Assembly: GCA_030390025.1 (NCBI GenBank)
Contig: CM059432.1
Location: forward strand, 1,116,001 to 1,180,000
Source of the DNA: Squalus acanthias
Lineage: Eukaryota
DNA: 64,000 nt
Direction of reading: 5' to 3'
Shown in pieces: positions 11,548 through 23,519 of this stretch (position 1 is the stretch's first letter; every line of letters starts with the position of its first letter). Both the position numbers and the translations under genes were made by a program. The notes beneath the pieces were generated by a model. The model saw only the letters and a list, made by a program, of their open reading frames with translations, had not been told where the DNA came from and did not search any database.

Positions 11548-12240
11548 CATAGAAATTTACGGCACAGAAGGAGACCACTTGGCCCATCGTGTCTGTGCCG
11601 GCCGACAGCTATCCAGCCTAATCCCACTTTCCAGCTCTTGGTTCGTAGCCCTGTAGGTTACGGCACTTCAAGTGCATATCCAAGTACTTTTTAAATGCGA
11701 TGAGGGTTTCTGCCTCTGCCACCCTTTCAGGCAGTGAGTTCCAGATCCCATCACCCTTTGGGTGAAAAAAGTTCTCCCCAACTCCCCTCTAATCCTTCCA
11801 CCAATTACTTAAATCTATGCCCCCTGGTTATTGCTAAGGGAAATAGGTCCTTCCTATTCACTCTATCTGGGCCCCTCATAATTTTATGCACCTCAATCAA
11901 GTCTGTTCCAAAGAAAACAATCCCAGCCTCTCCAATCTTTCCTCATAACTCAAATTCTCCAGTCCTGGCGACATCCTCGTAAATCTCCTCTGTACCCTCT
12001 CTGTAGTTCAGTCACATCTTTCCTGTAATGTGGTGACCAGAACTGCACGCAGTATTCTAGCTGTGGCCTAACTAGTGTTTTATACAGTTTAAGCATAACC
12101 TCCCTGCTCTTATATTCTATGCCTCAGCTAATAAAGGAACGTATTCCATATGCCTTCTTAACCACCTTATCTACCTGTCCTACCTTCAGGGATCTGTGGA
12201 CATGCACTCCAAGATCCCTCTGTTCCTCTACACTTCTCAT
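11548..12240 (-). mobile_element. CR1 LINE 3' end flanked by ~145-bp direct repeats
   Basis: CR1 tail at 11548; direct repeats at 11402-11547 and 12243-12385. Confidence 0.85.
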
Positions 12241-12629
12241 TTTCTTGCGGCACAAATGCAATGTGCAGGTACTAAAGTTGTTCGAGTAAGTCATTCTGAA
12301 ACTGCTCTGCTGTGAATGGTTTCAATATGACATTACAGAGTCTCATTACTAATTGACACGCAGCAGTACTTGGGCCAGTTCAGTTAGGTCGGATACATTG
12401 AGGTTGTCTGTATAATGAAACAAATTTGAGCACTACATGGACTGCACACATGTAACACAAGGATAAATGGTCAGATATCTCTTGCAACTTTGCTGTGTGC
12501 TTCCAGTACAATATTTTAAAGTTACAGTGTCCCCAGTTTTAAATGAAAGTACAATAGATGAGGCTCTGACATCTTTAGCACTATTTTTGCAGTGATCTCC
12601 ACCATTTGCCTCTTGCCAGTTACTGAATT

Positions 12630-13165
12630 GGAAATAAAAACAGAAAATGCTGGAAATACTCAGCAGATCAGGCAGCATCTGCGGAGAGAGAAACCGAGTT
12701 AACGTTTCAGGTCGATGACCTTTCGTCCGAACGGGAAAAGGTTTAAGATGGAACAGGTTTTAAGCAAGTACAGAGGCAGGGAAAGGGGGGAGGGGAGGGA
12801 AGATCTGTGATAGGATGGAAGGCGGGAGAGATTAAATGACAAAAGGTATGATGGTAAAGAAACAAAAGGTGGGTTTAGAGGGGGTGTAAATGGGAATGGC
12901 AGAATCATCAGCAACAGCTGCTGTCAAAAAAATGGGGGTGGAGGTTATGATCTGAAATTATTGAACTCATTGTTGAATCCAGAAGGCTGTAAAGTGCCTA
13001 ATCGAAAGATGAGGTGCTGTTCCTCGAGCTTACGTTTGAGCTTCATTGGAACAGTGTAGGAGGCCGAGGACAGAGATGTCAGAGTGGGAATGGAGTGGAG
13101 AATTAAAGTGACAGGCGACCGGAAGCTCGGGTTCACGCTTGCGGACTGAATTGGAACTGAGGTGT
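12630..13165 (-). mobile_element. Penelope-like family A 3' end
   Basis: KLEEQHLIFRLGTLQPSGFNNEFNNFRS. The hammerhead core is mutated (CGGACGA). Confidence 0.8.
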
Positions 13166-13443
13166 TGACTGGGAGTTGATGTGACTACACAAACTGCGTG
13201 CTCTTACCAGTGAGCTGCTACTGTGAAGTCTTACTAGTCTTGCAATTAATTTGCAATACTCTCCCACACTTTTAAGCAGCTGGGTGAGCAAGTGGAATTT
13301 GGAAAATGGATTATTTTTAGTTGATGAACTGTTTGAAGAAAATGTTCTTTAAAAAATGTTACTGCTAGTTGTTGTCCATCTTAGTAACTGAAAAATACTG
13401 TAGAGCCTTCACTCTCTTCCTATTTTATTCCATTTTCTCTCCG

Positions 13444-13875
13444 TGTCAGCTGTGGCTCAGTTGGTAGCACCCTTTCCTCTGAGTCAGCAGTTCAGGTCCC
13501 ACTCCAGAGACTTGAGCACAAAAATCTAGGCTGGCACTCCAGTGCCAGTACTGAGGGAGTGCTGCACTGTCGGAGGTGCCATCTTTCGGATGAGACGTTA
13601 AAACCAAGGTCCCGTCTGCTCTCTCAGGTGGACGTAAAAGAGCAGGGGATTTCTCCCTGGTGTCCTGGAGCCAATATTTATCCCTCAATCAACTTAACAG
13701 ATTGTCTGGTCATTATCACATTGCTGTTTGTGGGAGATTGCTGTGTGCAAAATGGTTGCTGCATTTCCTATATTACAACAGTGACTCCACTTCAAAAGTG
13801 CTTCATTGGCTGTAAAGCGCTTTGAGACGTCTGGTGGTCGTGAAAGGCGCTATAGAAATGCAAATCTTTGTTTTC
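13444..13875 (+). mobile_element. Deu-SINE (SacSINE1-like)
   Basis: Head, partial Deu domain and tail. Confidence 0.85.
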
Positions 13876-15079
13876 CTCTCACTCCTAAATTATGCCAGAT
13901 GCTGTTTTTGGTTGTATTAAAAAAAATCTTATTTTAAATCAGATGATTGTGAAAGTTAGTTTCTAGGAACATGGTTGCCCATTCATTTTGAATCTAATTG
14001 TGCTTTCTATATCCATAACTGGATTGTTTTACTCACCCACCCAAAAAACCTACAAATGGCAAGAAAGAAGCATTTTTTTCCAATTATTCACCTGAACACT
14101 AATTTATAGTTTTTACTTCTAATAATAGCTCCGGGGACAAGACAAAGAGACTTTCAAACGTGTTAAGTAAAAATAATGGGCAAGAGTCTGGAGTGATGTG
14201 TGCGGCATGCACGATGTGGACCTAAACGTGTATATAGTATACGAAGGTTGCACTCCTTGAAGAAAGCTGCACAACTTCAGAGTCAACTTGACGCACTACA
14301 CAACCCGGGAGTGAGAAACCTTTCTGGAGCAGACGTTTCAGAGAGTGGTCACCCTACAGACCATTGGGCGTGCAGCATCTGTCCAGGGAGACTGGATGAC
14401 CATCGGCAGACAGGGCAGGAAGGGACAGGTGAGGGTAGAAAGGGGAGCACCTGTGGAGCTGAATTTGTCTAATAGATGTATCTGTTTAGGTACCGGTGAT
14501 GTGGACAAAAAGGGTGACAGAGGAGGGTAAGCATGAGCTACTACAGGGCAATGAGAGTGAGTGGTTACCAACGGGGAAAATCCATAAAACCTTGTGGAAA
14601 CGGTAAATAGGACAGTGGGGGAAGATTTAAACTAGTTAAGGAGGTGGAGGGGAAAATGCACACCAAGTTAAAAAGACCAGCAGGACATAGAGGCAGGACG
14701 CGGACAGTTACCTAGATAGGAGTTCTGTACAGAAATGCGCATATCATAAGATATGTAAAACAAGTGAATTGCAAGCACAAATTCAGCTTAACAGGTATGA
14801 TGTCGTAGTGGTTACAGAGACCTGGCTACAAGCTGAGCATGATTGGGAGCTAAATATTCCAGCCTACAGGATCTTCAGAAAGGGAAATTGGGGAGTAGCA
14901 GTATTGATAACCAAGGTTGGGGGGGAAATATATAGATAGAGATGAGTAAAGCATGTGGTTATAATGGGAGATTCAAATTTTCACGTGAACTGGGGAAAGC
15001 AGAACCGTTCAAACTGCAAAGCAATGAATTTCTAGAGTGTATTCAGGGCAGTTTTCTAGAACAATATGTTCTAGAACCA

Positions 15080-15577
15080 AAAACAACAACAATTTATATT
15101 TATATAGCGCCTTTAATGTAATAAACCGTCTCAAGGCACTTCACAGGACTGTTAGATTTTAAAAAATTGACACCGAGCCATATAAGGAGATGTTAGGCCA
15201 GATGACCAAAAGCTTGATCGATGAAGTGCGTTTTAAGGAGCGTCTTAAAGGAGGAAAGAGAAGTAGCGAGGCGGTGAGATTTAGGGAGGGAATTCCAGAG
15301 CTTAGGACTCACGCAGCTGAAGGCACGACCACCAATGGTGGAGTGATGAACGGTCAGAATAGGCGGAGCGCAGAGGGCTGGAGGAGATTACAGAGATGAG
15401 GAGGTGCGAGGCTATGGAGGGATTTGAAAACAAGGATGAGCATTTTAAAATCGAGGCATTGCTTAATTGGGAGCCAATGTAGGTCAGCAAGCACAGGGCT
15501 GATGGGTGAATGGGACTTGGTGCGAGTTAGGACACGGGCAGCAGAGTTTTGGATGACCTCAAGTTTATGAAGGGTAG
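15080..15577 (-). mobile_element. L2 LINE 3' end
   Basis: (caa)n tail and shared L2 body. Confidence 0.8.
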
Positions 15578-16603
15578 AACAAGGGATCAGTCTATACTGG
15601 ATTCAGTTAACAATCTGACGGCAAGGGAGTATCTTGCAAATAGTAACCATAATATAATTGAATTTGATACTGGGTTTAAGAGGGAGAAGGCAGAGGTACA
15701 AACCAAGGTTTTAAATTTAAGTAAGGCAAACTTCAGGATGAGAAATAAATTGACGACTGGGCTTAACTGTTAACGAGTAAACTTACAGACAAACATTGGG
15801 AAGTATTCAAATAAGTAATTGGTACAATACAAACTAGTAGATAACCCTAAAAGGCAAAGGCTCCACAACAAGCAACCATGACCAACAAACGAGGTAAGAG
15901 ACAGCATCAAGCAAAAAGAAAAGTCTTGCAAGATGAAGTGGAAATCCAGGTATAAAAAGCAGCAAAGGCATACAAAAAGAAAGTAATCGGGTGCAAAAAA
16001 GGGAATGTGAAAATAATCTTGCGAGGGATATCAAGGCTAATAGCAAAAGTTTTTATCAATATGTCAGAGTGGCAAAGGGGAATTGGGGCCCATTAAAGAT
16101 GGATGCAGGTGTGACTATAATGGATAATAAGGAAATGGCAGACTTGTTGAATGAATATAGTAGAGGAAGAGGACAAAATACCAGTGGTACAAGGGAACCT
16201 AAAAATAAGTCAAGGGGAGGAACTTCATTGGATTTAATGTTTAAAAAAAAAAAAAAAAATGGTAATGGGGAAAATAATGTGACTTAAGATGCACATCTCC
16301 AGGACCTGATGGATTCCACCCCAGGGTATTAAGACAAATAGGTGAGGAAATTGCAGATGCATTAGTCTTAACTTTCCAATACACTCTAGATTTGGGAATT
16401 GTGCCTTTTGGGTTTAAGAAGAGATGGAGGGAGGAACCCGTCAGATTAACATACAATGTGGGGAAATTATTAGAATCTTTCATCAGGGAAAGCGTGACTG
16501 AACACTTGGACAAGTATGAGTTTATCAAAGAACGTCAGCATGGATTTGTGAAAAGTAGGTCATGTCTGACTAATCTAGTTGAATTTTTTGAGAAGGTCAC
16601 TAG

Positions 16604-16768
16604 CAATGTGCCCTGTTAATTTTTTGGGGGGCTGAGCAGCCCCTTTAACGGGCTGCACGGCCCATTCAAAATTCTGCGCATGCGCGGTTTTTCCCTTTAA
16701 AAGCCAGTGAGCCAGCTGCACGGGACCTCCAGAGTGCTGCGTGGCCGCCCAGCTTAAAGGGAACATTG
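16604..16768. mobile_element. hAT-type MITE (165 bp)
   Basis: TIRs caatgtgccctgttaa / ttaaagggaacattg. 8-bp TSD gtcactag/gtcacaag. Interrupts CR1 RT sequence. Confidence 0.8.
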
Positions 16769-17477
16769 GTCACAAGTATGGTGGATCAGGGCGTGCCTAT
16801 GGATGTTGTCTACATGGACTTCCAGAAGGCATTTGATAAGGTGCTAATTTGCACCCACTGCACAAGTGGGCAACTTGTTCCAAAGATCAATGACCCTCTG
16901 TGAAATGAAAAAGCTCCTGACATCTAACCCAGTTATATGCTTGTGTAATTCATACGCTTGTCCCCTCATTCTTCCTAATGGATCTAATTAAAATAATCTG
17001 TCCACATGTGCACAGTCCAGTCCTTTCATCAAACAATTTGCCTTTCTCCCTCTTTACTGTATGTGTGACTTTGGTTTGAGTATACGCGTCTTGAATTTAA
17101 TGTGTAAAGTCTATTAACCTGGGCTATGCTTATACTTAGAATGGATCACAGAGGGAAGAGCCATCTGTTTCTTGTTAACTAGCTAGTGAGAGGAAAGTTG
17201 AAGATGAAAGTTTTCATTCTTCCCTAAGTTAATAAGATCCTGTTTCTATTTTTGGTCTGATTCCTCAAGATTGAGAAGCAATTCTCTGTCCCTGCGGTGA
17301 CTTAAAAGTGTCCTTAGAGTTCATTTAATAGCTTTCTGTGTCCCATGATAAGGTTTTTCCAAGAGTAATGAGTTTAAAAATATTTGGATTTACTTCCTTT
17401 CTCCAATGTTGAGTTGTAATTCTTCATATGTTGCGGTGCACCTCTTGAAAGCGAACTTATTTCATTGAAACGCATAT

Positions 17478-17860
17478 CTCATTGAAACGTGTAAAATTCT
17501 TAGAGGGCTTGACAGGGTAGATGCTGAGAGGTTGTTTCCCATCTGGAGAGTCTAGAACCAGGGGTCACAGTCTCGGGATAAGGGGTCGGCCATTTTAGAC
17601 TGAGATGAGGAATTTCTTCACTCAAAGGGTTGTGAATCTTTGGCATTCTCTACCCCAGAGGGCTGTGGATGATCAGTCGTTGAGTATATTCAAGACCGAG
17701 ATCGACAGATTTTTTGACTCTTAAGGGAATCGAGGGGAATATGGAGATCGGGCAGGAAGGTGGAGTTTTGGTAGAAGTTCAGCCATGATCTTACTGAATG
17801 GCGAAGCAGGCTTGAGGGGCTGTATCGCCTACTCCTAATCCCATTTCTTGTGTTCTTATT
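17478..17860 (+). mobile_element. CR1 LINE 3' end
   Basis: Typical CR1 ORF2 C-terminus and 3' stem-loop tail. Confidence 0.85.
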
Positions 17861-18479
17861 TCTGATTAGTAACAAGAATAGCAAGGGTTTGGTTATAAAA
17901 TACATACAGGGGCACACGGAGAAACTGAGTCTCTTTTTTTTTTAATAAGTTGAGACTGTCAAAAAATCAAATGCTTTGGTACGTTACCATATTGTGCCAC
18001 ACATTGGTAGAAGTGAGTTTGTATATGTGAGCTTCCTAGAGTGAAGTATTTCTTTTGAGGGAGGACAAGTCAGGAGAGTGAGTCATACATGTAGACAGCC
18101 TCGCAGTTGGCTTAAAACGCCTGAACATCTTGCTTTCCAATTCTATATTTGAATGTTATGTAAAGTTGAGACTAATGCACTTTTCAGACCATAGCTGATT
18201 GAAAGGTATTCATGAAATCAGCTAAAATACAATATTGACTGTGCTACTCTACTGAACTGAATTCTGCTGAAAGGTGACCTTGCCAACCCAGGCTGTGACA
18301 TTTCCTGTCGGGCTGCTTGCGAATGTTCCCGTAGCTAACGTCAGCAGGAAAGGAAATCCTGAAATGACTGGTCTGCATAGAGGGATGTGCCGATTATTGA
18401 AATATTCTTTCTCTGCCTATGCCCAGATTTCTGTGTTGATGAATTACAATAAGTTATGGATTTTTTTTTAATTCCCTAG

Positions 18480-19975
18480 ATTTGGGTGGCGCTGGGTAGG
18501 CTGTATTTGTTGACCAATCTTATTTGTGCTGAGCCTTGAACGGTTGTAGTCCTTGTGGTGTTGGTGCTCCTACAATGGTGTTAGATAGGGAAATCCTGGA
18601 CATTGACCCAGTGACGATGAAGGAACGTTGATGTATGTCCAAGTAAGGATGATGCGTGGCTTGGAGGTGATGGTGTTCTATACTATTGCTGCTCTTGTCC
18701 TTTTCGGTGGTAGAGATTGCAGGGCAGAAGTGTACTGTTGAAATAGGCTTGATGCGTTGCTGCTATAGTACGTACTGAAGCTAGAGTCCGCCGGTTCTGT
18801 AGGGGTGAATATTCAGTTCAGTGGTGTTGATTTAGCAGACTGCTTTGTCCTGGATGCATAAGTGTTGCATCTGTACCCATCACGGTGATTGCTGAGTGTT
18901 CCATCACACTTCAGATAGAGGCATTGTGGGGCCATCAGGTAAGCCACATGTTGCAAAGTACCCAGCCTCTGCCCTGCTCTTGCAACCACAGCGTTGATCT
19001 GGTTGGTGCAGTTAAGCTTCTGGTCATTGCTGACCCTCAATATGTTGATGGTTGGGCTCTTTGCAATGATGGTGGTGTTGAACTAAGGTCAGTGTCAGCC
19101 TTGGCTCAGTTGGTAGCACCCTCACCTCTGAGTCAGAAGGTTGAGGGTTCAAGTCTCACTCCAGGAACTTGAGCACAAAATCTAGGCTGACACTTTAGAG
19201 CGAGTGCTGCACCGTCGGAGGTGCCCTATTTCAGATGAGACGTTAAACTGAGGCCCGTCTGCTCTCAGGTGGATGTAAAAGATCCCATGGCACTATTTAG
19301 AAGAAGAGCAGGGGAGTTATCCCTGGTGCCCTGGTCAATATTTATCCCTCAACCAACATCACTAAAAAAAAGGATTATCTGGTCATTATCACATTGCTGT
19401 TTGTGGGAGCTTGCTGTGTGCAAATTGGCTGCCAAGTTTCCTACATTACAACAGGAACTAAGCTTCAAAAAGTACTTAATTGGCTGTAAAGTGCTTTGGG
19501 ACGTCGGTGGTCGTGAAAGGCGCTATGTAAATGCAAGTCTTTTCTTTTTAGGTGTAGATGGTTCAGCTTTCTTTTGTTGCAGATGATTATTATCTGTCAT
19601 TTGTGTGGCACGATTATTACCTGCTACTTGTCAACCCAAGCCAGGATTTTTTTATTTGTTCCTGGGATGTGGGTGTCGCTGGCAAATGCGTTTATTGCCC
19701 ATCCCTGGATGTTTTCCAGGTCCTGCTGTAGGCTGCCATAGGCTTCTTCATTGTTGAAGGAGCTATGGAATCAGCAGCAAACAGCCCCTACAGTGATGTC
19801 CTAGAGCTGCAATGATTGGCCTCTCATAACTATCACCATCTTTCTGACTCTAGCCACTGGAGAATTTTTCCCTTTGAACCCCATTGACCTCAGTTTTGCT
19901 AGGGCTCTTTGATGTTGTACTTGGTTGTACGCTGCCTTGATGTCGAGGCCAGCGACTCGCACCTCTCCCATTTTC
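18480..19975 (-). mobile_element. Degenerate CR1-group LINE (family C) split by a Deu-SINE
   Basis: RAGQRLGTL... and GEVRVAGLDIKAAY... motifs; related to 53050-53975. Confidence 0.65.
19093..19548 (+). mobile_element. Deu-SINE (SacSINE1-like)
   Basis: Full head, Deu domain and tail. Confidence 0.88.
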
Positions 19976-20009
19976 CGTTCAGTGCTTACAGTAGGAACCA
20001 ATTAAGATT

Positions 20010-20128
20010 ACATGAGCTGATTTCACACAGGACCCTTATAGACAACATAGGAAAGAGACTTTTATCCTAGCAATCTGGTCTGGATTTGAATCCAGGAGGT
20101 GAAACATCAGTGTCTGACCACACCCCAC
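20010..20128 (-). mobile_element. LF-SINE-like old SINE fragment
   Basis: Minus strand tttcacctc...ggattcaaatccagaccag...aaagtc...cctgtgtgaaatcag resembles the LF-SINE 5' part and 21500-21610. Confidence 0.5.
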
Positions 20129-20856
20129 AATTCTTCTTGTTGGCTTGCTTTCATAATAAATTAATAAAGATTTTGGCTTGTCATGGATGCAGTCATGACT
20201 GTGCATGCATTTGCTCATTGACTTGTATTCATATAGCACCTTTTAATGTAACAAAACATCCCAAGGCACTTCACAGAAGAGAGAACAGATTGATTGGCTG
20301 TAGAAAAATTAGAGGATGTGACTGAATGCACAGATGAAAAGGTAGATTTTGAGGATACTTAAATATTGGATAGACAATAGCAAGGCAAAGAGGTTCAGGG
20401 GAAGTTCCAGAGGTTAGGACTTGCGGGGCTAAAAACACTGCCACCAAGTTAGGGAGCACCCAGTGATGGCCGATGAACAGGAGGCCAGAATTGGAGATCT
20501 GTTGTGCCAGAGGAGGTGCAGAGAAGACCATGGGTGGATTTGTCAGCAAGACCAGGAATTTGAATTTGGTGCATTGGGCAGGGAGTCGGTGAAGGACATT
20601 GAGGGGTAATGGATTAATGGGATTTAGTGTGGCATTGGATGAGGGTGCTGAAAGACTGCTGATGCTGGGATAACTATTTTATTGGCTGAGAAATCACCTT
20701 CTGTTTCTTATTTGCTGGACTGTCCTGTTTGAATTTCATGGGGTTGTAAGTTATAGAATCAGGTTAAGAAAGGACTGCTCTTGCTCTTACTTCATTCAGG
20801 GATAAGTCCCAATCGGAACGCCGAGATCTTTGCCATTTAATGGGAAGATAGTTTAA

Positions 20857-21447
20857 AGAAAGAAAGAAAAACTTGCATTTCTGTATCGCTTTTCACGACC
20901 ACCGAACGTCCCATAGAAACATAGAATCTAGGAGCAGGAGTAGGCCATTCGGCCCGTCGAGCCTGCTCCACCATTCAATACGATCATGGCTGATCATCCA
21001 AATCCAGTACCCTGTCCCTGCTTTAATCCCCACAGTACACATATCCCACCCTACCCCCGTAACCCCACGTATTTAATTCCCCCTAACATATCCCATCCTA
21101 TCCCCATAACCCCACATATTTAATCCCCCCCTAACACTAAGGGTCAATTTATCATAGCAAAATCAACCTAACCTGCACATTTTTGGACTGTGGGAGGAAA
21201 CCGGAGCACCCGGAGGAAACCCACGCAGACACTGGGAGAATGTGCAAACTCCACACAGACAGTCACCCGAGGTCAGATTCGAACCCGGGTCTCTGGCGCT
21301 GTGAGGCACCAGTGCTAACCACTATGCCACCGTGTTGTCCCAAAGTGCTCTACAGCTAATGAAGTACTTTTTGACGTGTAGTCACTGTTGTAATGTAGGA
21401 AACGCGAGAACCAATTTGCGCACAGCAAGCTCCCACAAACAGCAACA
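20857..21447 (-). mobile_element. Deu-SINE tail split by an HE1-type V-SINE (~20914-21338)
   Basis: HE1 head, V-domain and tail between gtccca repeats; host SINE tail on both sides. Confidence 0.85.
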
Positions 21448-21499
21448 TAAGCACCTTGGTAAGCACTGATGCGATTCACAAAGATAAAACACTTGGATA

Positions 21500-21610
21500 T
21501 GGGGAACTAAGTGGCGTGGCAAGTTAGAGATTGGCCTTTCCTTTCTGGGACCTGGATTTAAATCCATTCTCAGACCGATGGGATAAAAGTCTCTGCCTGC
21601 TGGCTGTTAA
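21500..21610 (+). mobile_element. LF-SINE-like old SINE fragment
   Basis: ggcctttcctttctgggacctggatttaaatcc...gataaaagtc...ctgctggctgt. Confidence 0.5.
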
Positions 21611-21913
21611 ATTAGTTTACTGGGGTTGTCATTTCTTCAAAGAAATTGAGGAGGATGTGGAGACAGGATTTTGCCCACTGAGCTCCAAGATTATAAAGTT
21701 GGAAACTGTTACCAGCTTGTGGACTGTGCTGCCTGTGTTTAATTTACCGTCATACTCAGCTGATTTTAGTTTTGGGTTATTAAGAACGCAGTTGTTTACA
21801 GAGATGGAGTCATTTTGTTCTCTCCAGTCCATGGAATAGGTTTGACTATGAAATTTAAAACTCCAGATCTCTAGTTAGTGCAGAAAAAGATTCAAAATAT
21901 GTGTTTGCAATAT

Positions 21914-22376
21914 GTGTCAGCTGTGGCTCAGTTGGTAGCACCCTCGCCTCCGAGTCAGACGGTTGTGGGTTCAAGTCCCACTCCAGAGACTTGAGCACAA
22001 AAATCTAGGCTGGCACTCCAGTGCAGTGCTGAGGGAGTGCTGCACTGTCTGAGGTGCCGTCTTTCAGATGAGACGTTAAACCGAGGCCCCGTCTGCCCCC
22101 TCAGATGGATGTAAAAGATCCCACGGGCACTATTTCGAAGAGCAGGGGAGTTCTCCTCGGTGTCCTGGCCAATATATATCCCTCAATCAACATAACATAA
22201 AAACAGATTATCTGGTTATTATCACATTGCTGTTTGTGGGAGCTTGTTGTGTGCAATTGGCTGCTGCATTTCCCACATTACAACAGTGACTACACTTTAA
22301 AAGTACTTCATTGGCTGTAAAGCGCTTTGGGATGTCCTGAGGTCGTGAAAGGTGCTATAGAAATGCAAGTCTTTTT
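21914..22376 (+). mobile_element. Deu-SINE (SacSINE1-like), full length
   Basis: A-box tggctcagttgg, B-box ggttcaagtcc, Deu domain and L2-like tail. Confidence 0.9.
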
Positions 22377-22835
22377 TGGTGTGATTTTCACCCAGAGAAC
22401 ATTGCGGCCATGTCTTAATATTTTTCAAATATTAGTATGTTGTAGTCTGCTGTAGAAGCAATGTACTTTCTTCAAGGTCAACTTTTCCTTTAGTCCGTTC
22501 CAGTATATGAATGGCATGGTGACGTTAAAATCTTTGTACATGTCTTTGAGGAGGAAGAATTCTAAGATGCCGTTTATTGTGTACTGGAAATTACGTCTTT
22601 ACCAGGGGTTTTTGTTCATAATTTATGGGCAATATTCAGCAAGCATTTCAGTAGATTGTACTGCATGACATTACGTACTCTAGTACTTAAATGTTTACTT
22701 TGTCAATATTAAAAATTGATTGTTGAATCATATCAAAATCAGAACGTTGAGTTAAAATTCTGTTTGCACCCTATTCCAGAACCTTGCAATTAGGGAAGTG
22801 GTGGATGATTCAGCTTAAATGTCAGTCTCCACGGC

Positions 22836-22870
<35 letters not shown>

Positions 22871-23519
22871 TCAAGCCCTGCTCCGGAGACTTGAGCACTT
22901 GATCTAGACTGGCACTTCAAGTACAGTATTGAGGGAGTCTTTCGGATGAGAAGCTCAACCGAGACACCGTCTGGCGCCTCAGGTGGATGTAAAAGATCCC
23001 ATGGCACTATTAGATGATTTATTTCATTGCTGTTTGTGAGAGCTTGCTGTGTGTAAATTGGCTGCCGTGCTTCCTACATTGCAACAGTGACTACACGTCA
23101 AAGTTACTTCATTGCTTGTGCCCACCAGGTATTTGGCCCTTCGAACTGTACCCAACAACCTGCTCCATCTTTCTTCTGCACAGTGCTGCCTCAGTACATA
23201 CAGCTTTGCTAACAATCTTAGTACACACTGCAAGGTAATGTATGAAGTACTGTGTGAACGCAGTGTAAGCTGACTGAATCTGATAATGTATTAAAGTTTA
23301 GAAATAAGTCATCTCAAATCTTTCCCTTCTCCCTAACCCCAGAAAGAATTATAGCTTTTTTTTTTTACAGTATTCCTTCAAGGATGGTACACTTTCTGTG
23401 CAAGATTAGATCACAACAGTTTGCTTTCTTCTTTAATATGATGTGCATTAAAGTGTAGAAATGCACTCTCTTGTGTTACCATATGTAAAATATTGTTGAG
23501 GTAGTGTTATATACCATAT

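Larger units (their letters stand above)
14190..16848 (+). mobile_element. Old degenerate CR1 LINE (ORF1 remnant, APE, RT) with nested L2 and MITE
   Basis: CAACTMW ORF1-like start, tatgatgtcgtagtggttacagagacctgg (YDVVVVTETW, APE), PGPDGFHPRVL and QHGFVKSRSCLTNL motifs; many lesions. Confidence 0.7.

Noticed and set aside
21914..21990. tRNA genes at SINE heads (also 4865-4940 and others)
   Set aside because: A/B boxes are followed by SINE body and tail, so these are tRNA-derived heads rather than tRNA genes.
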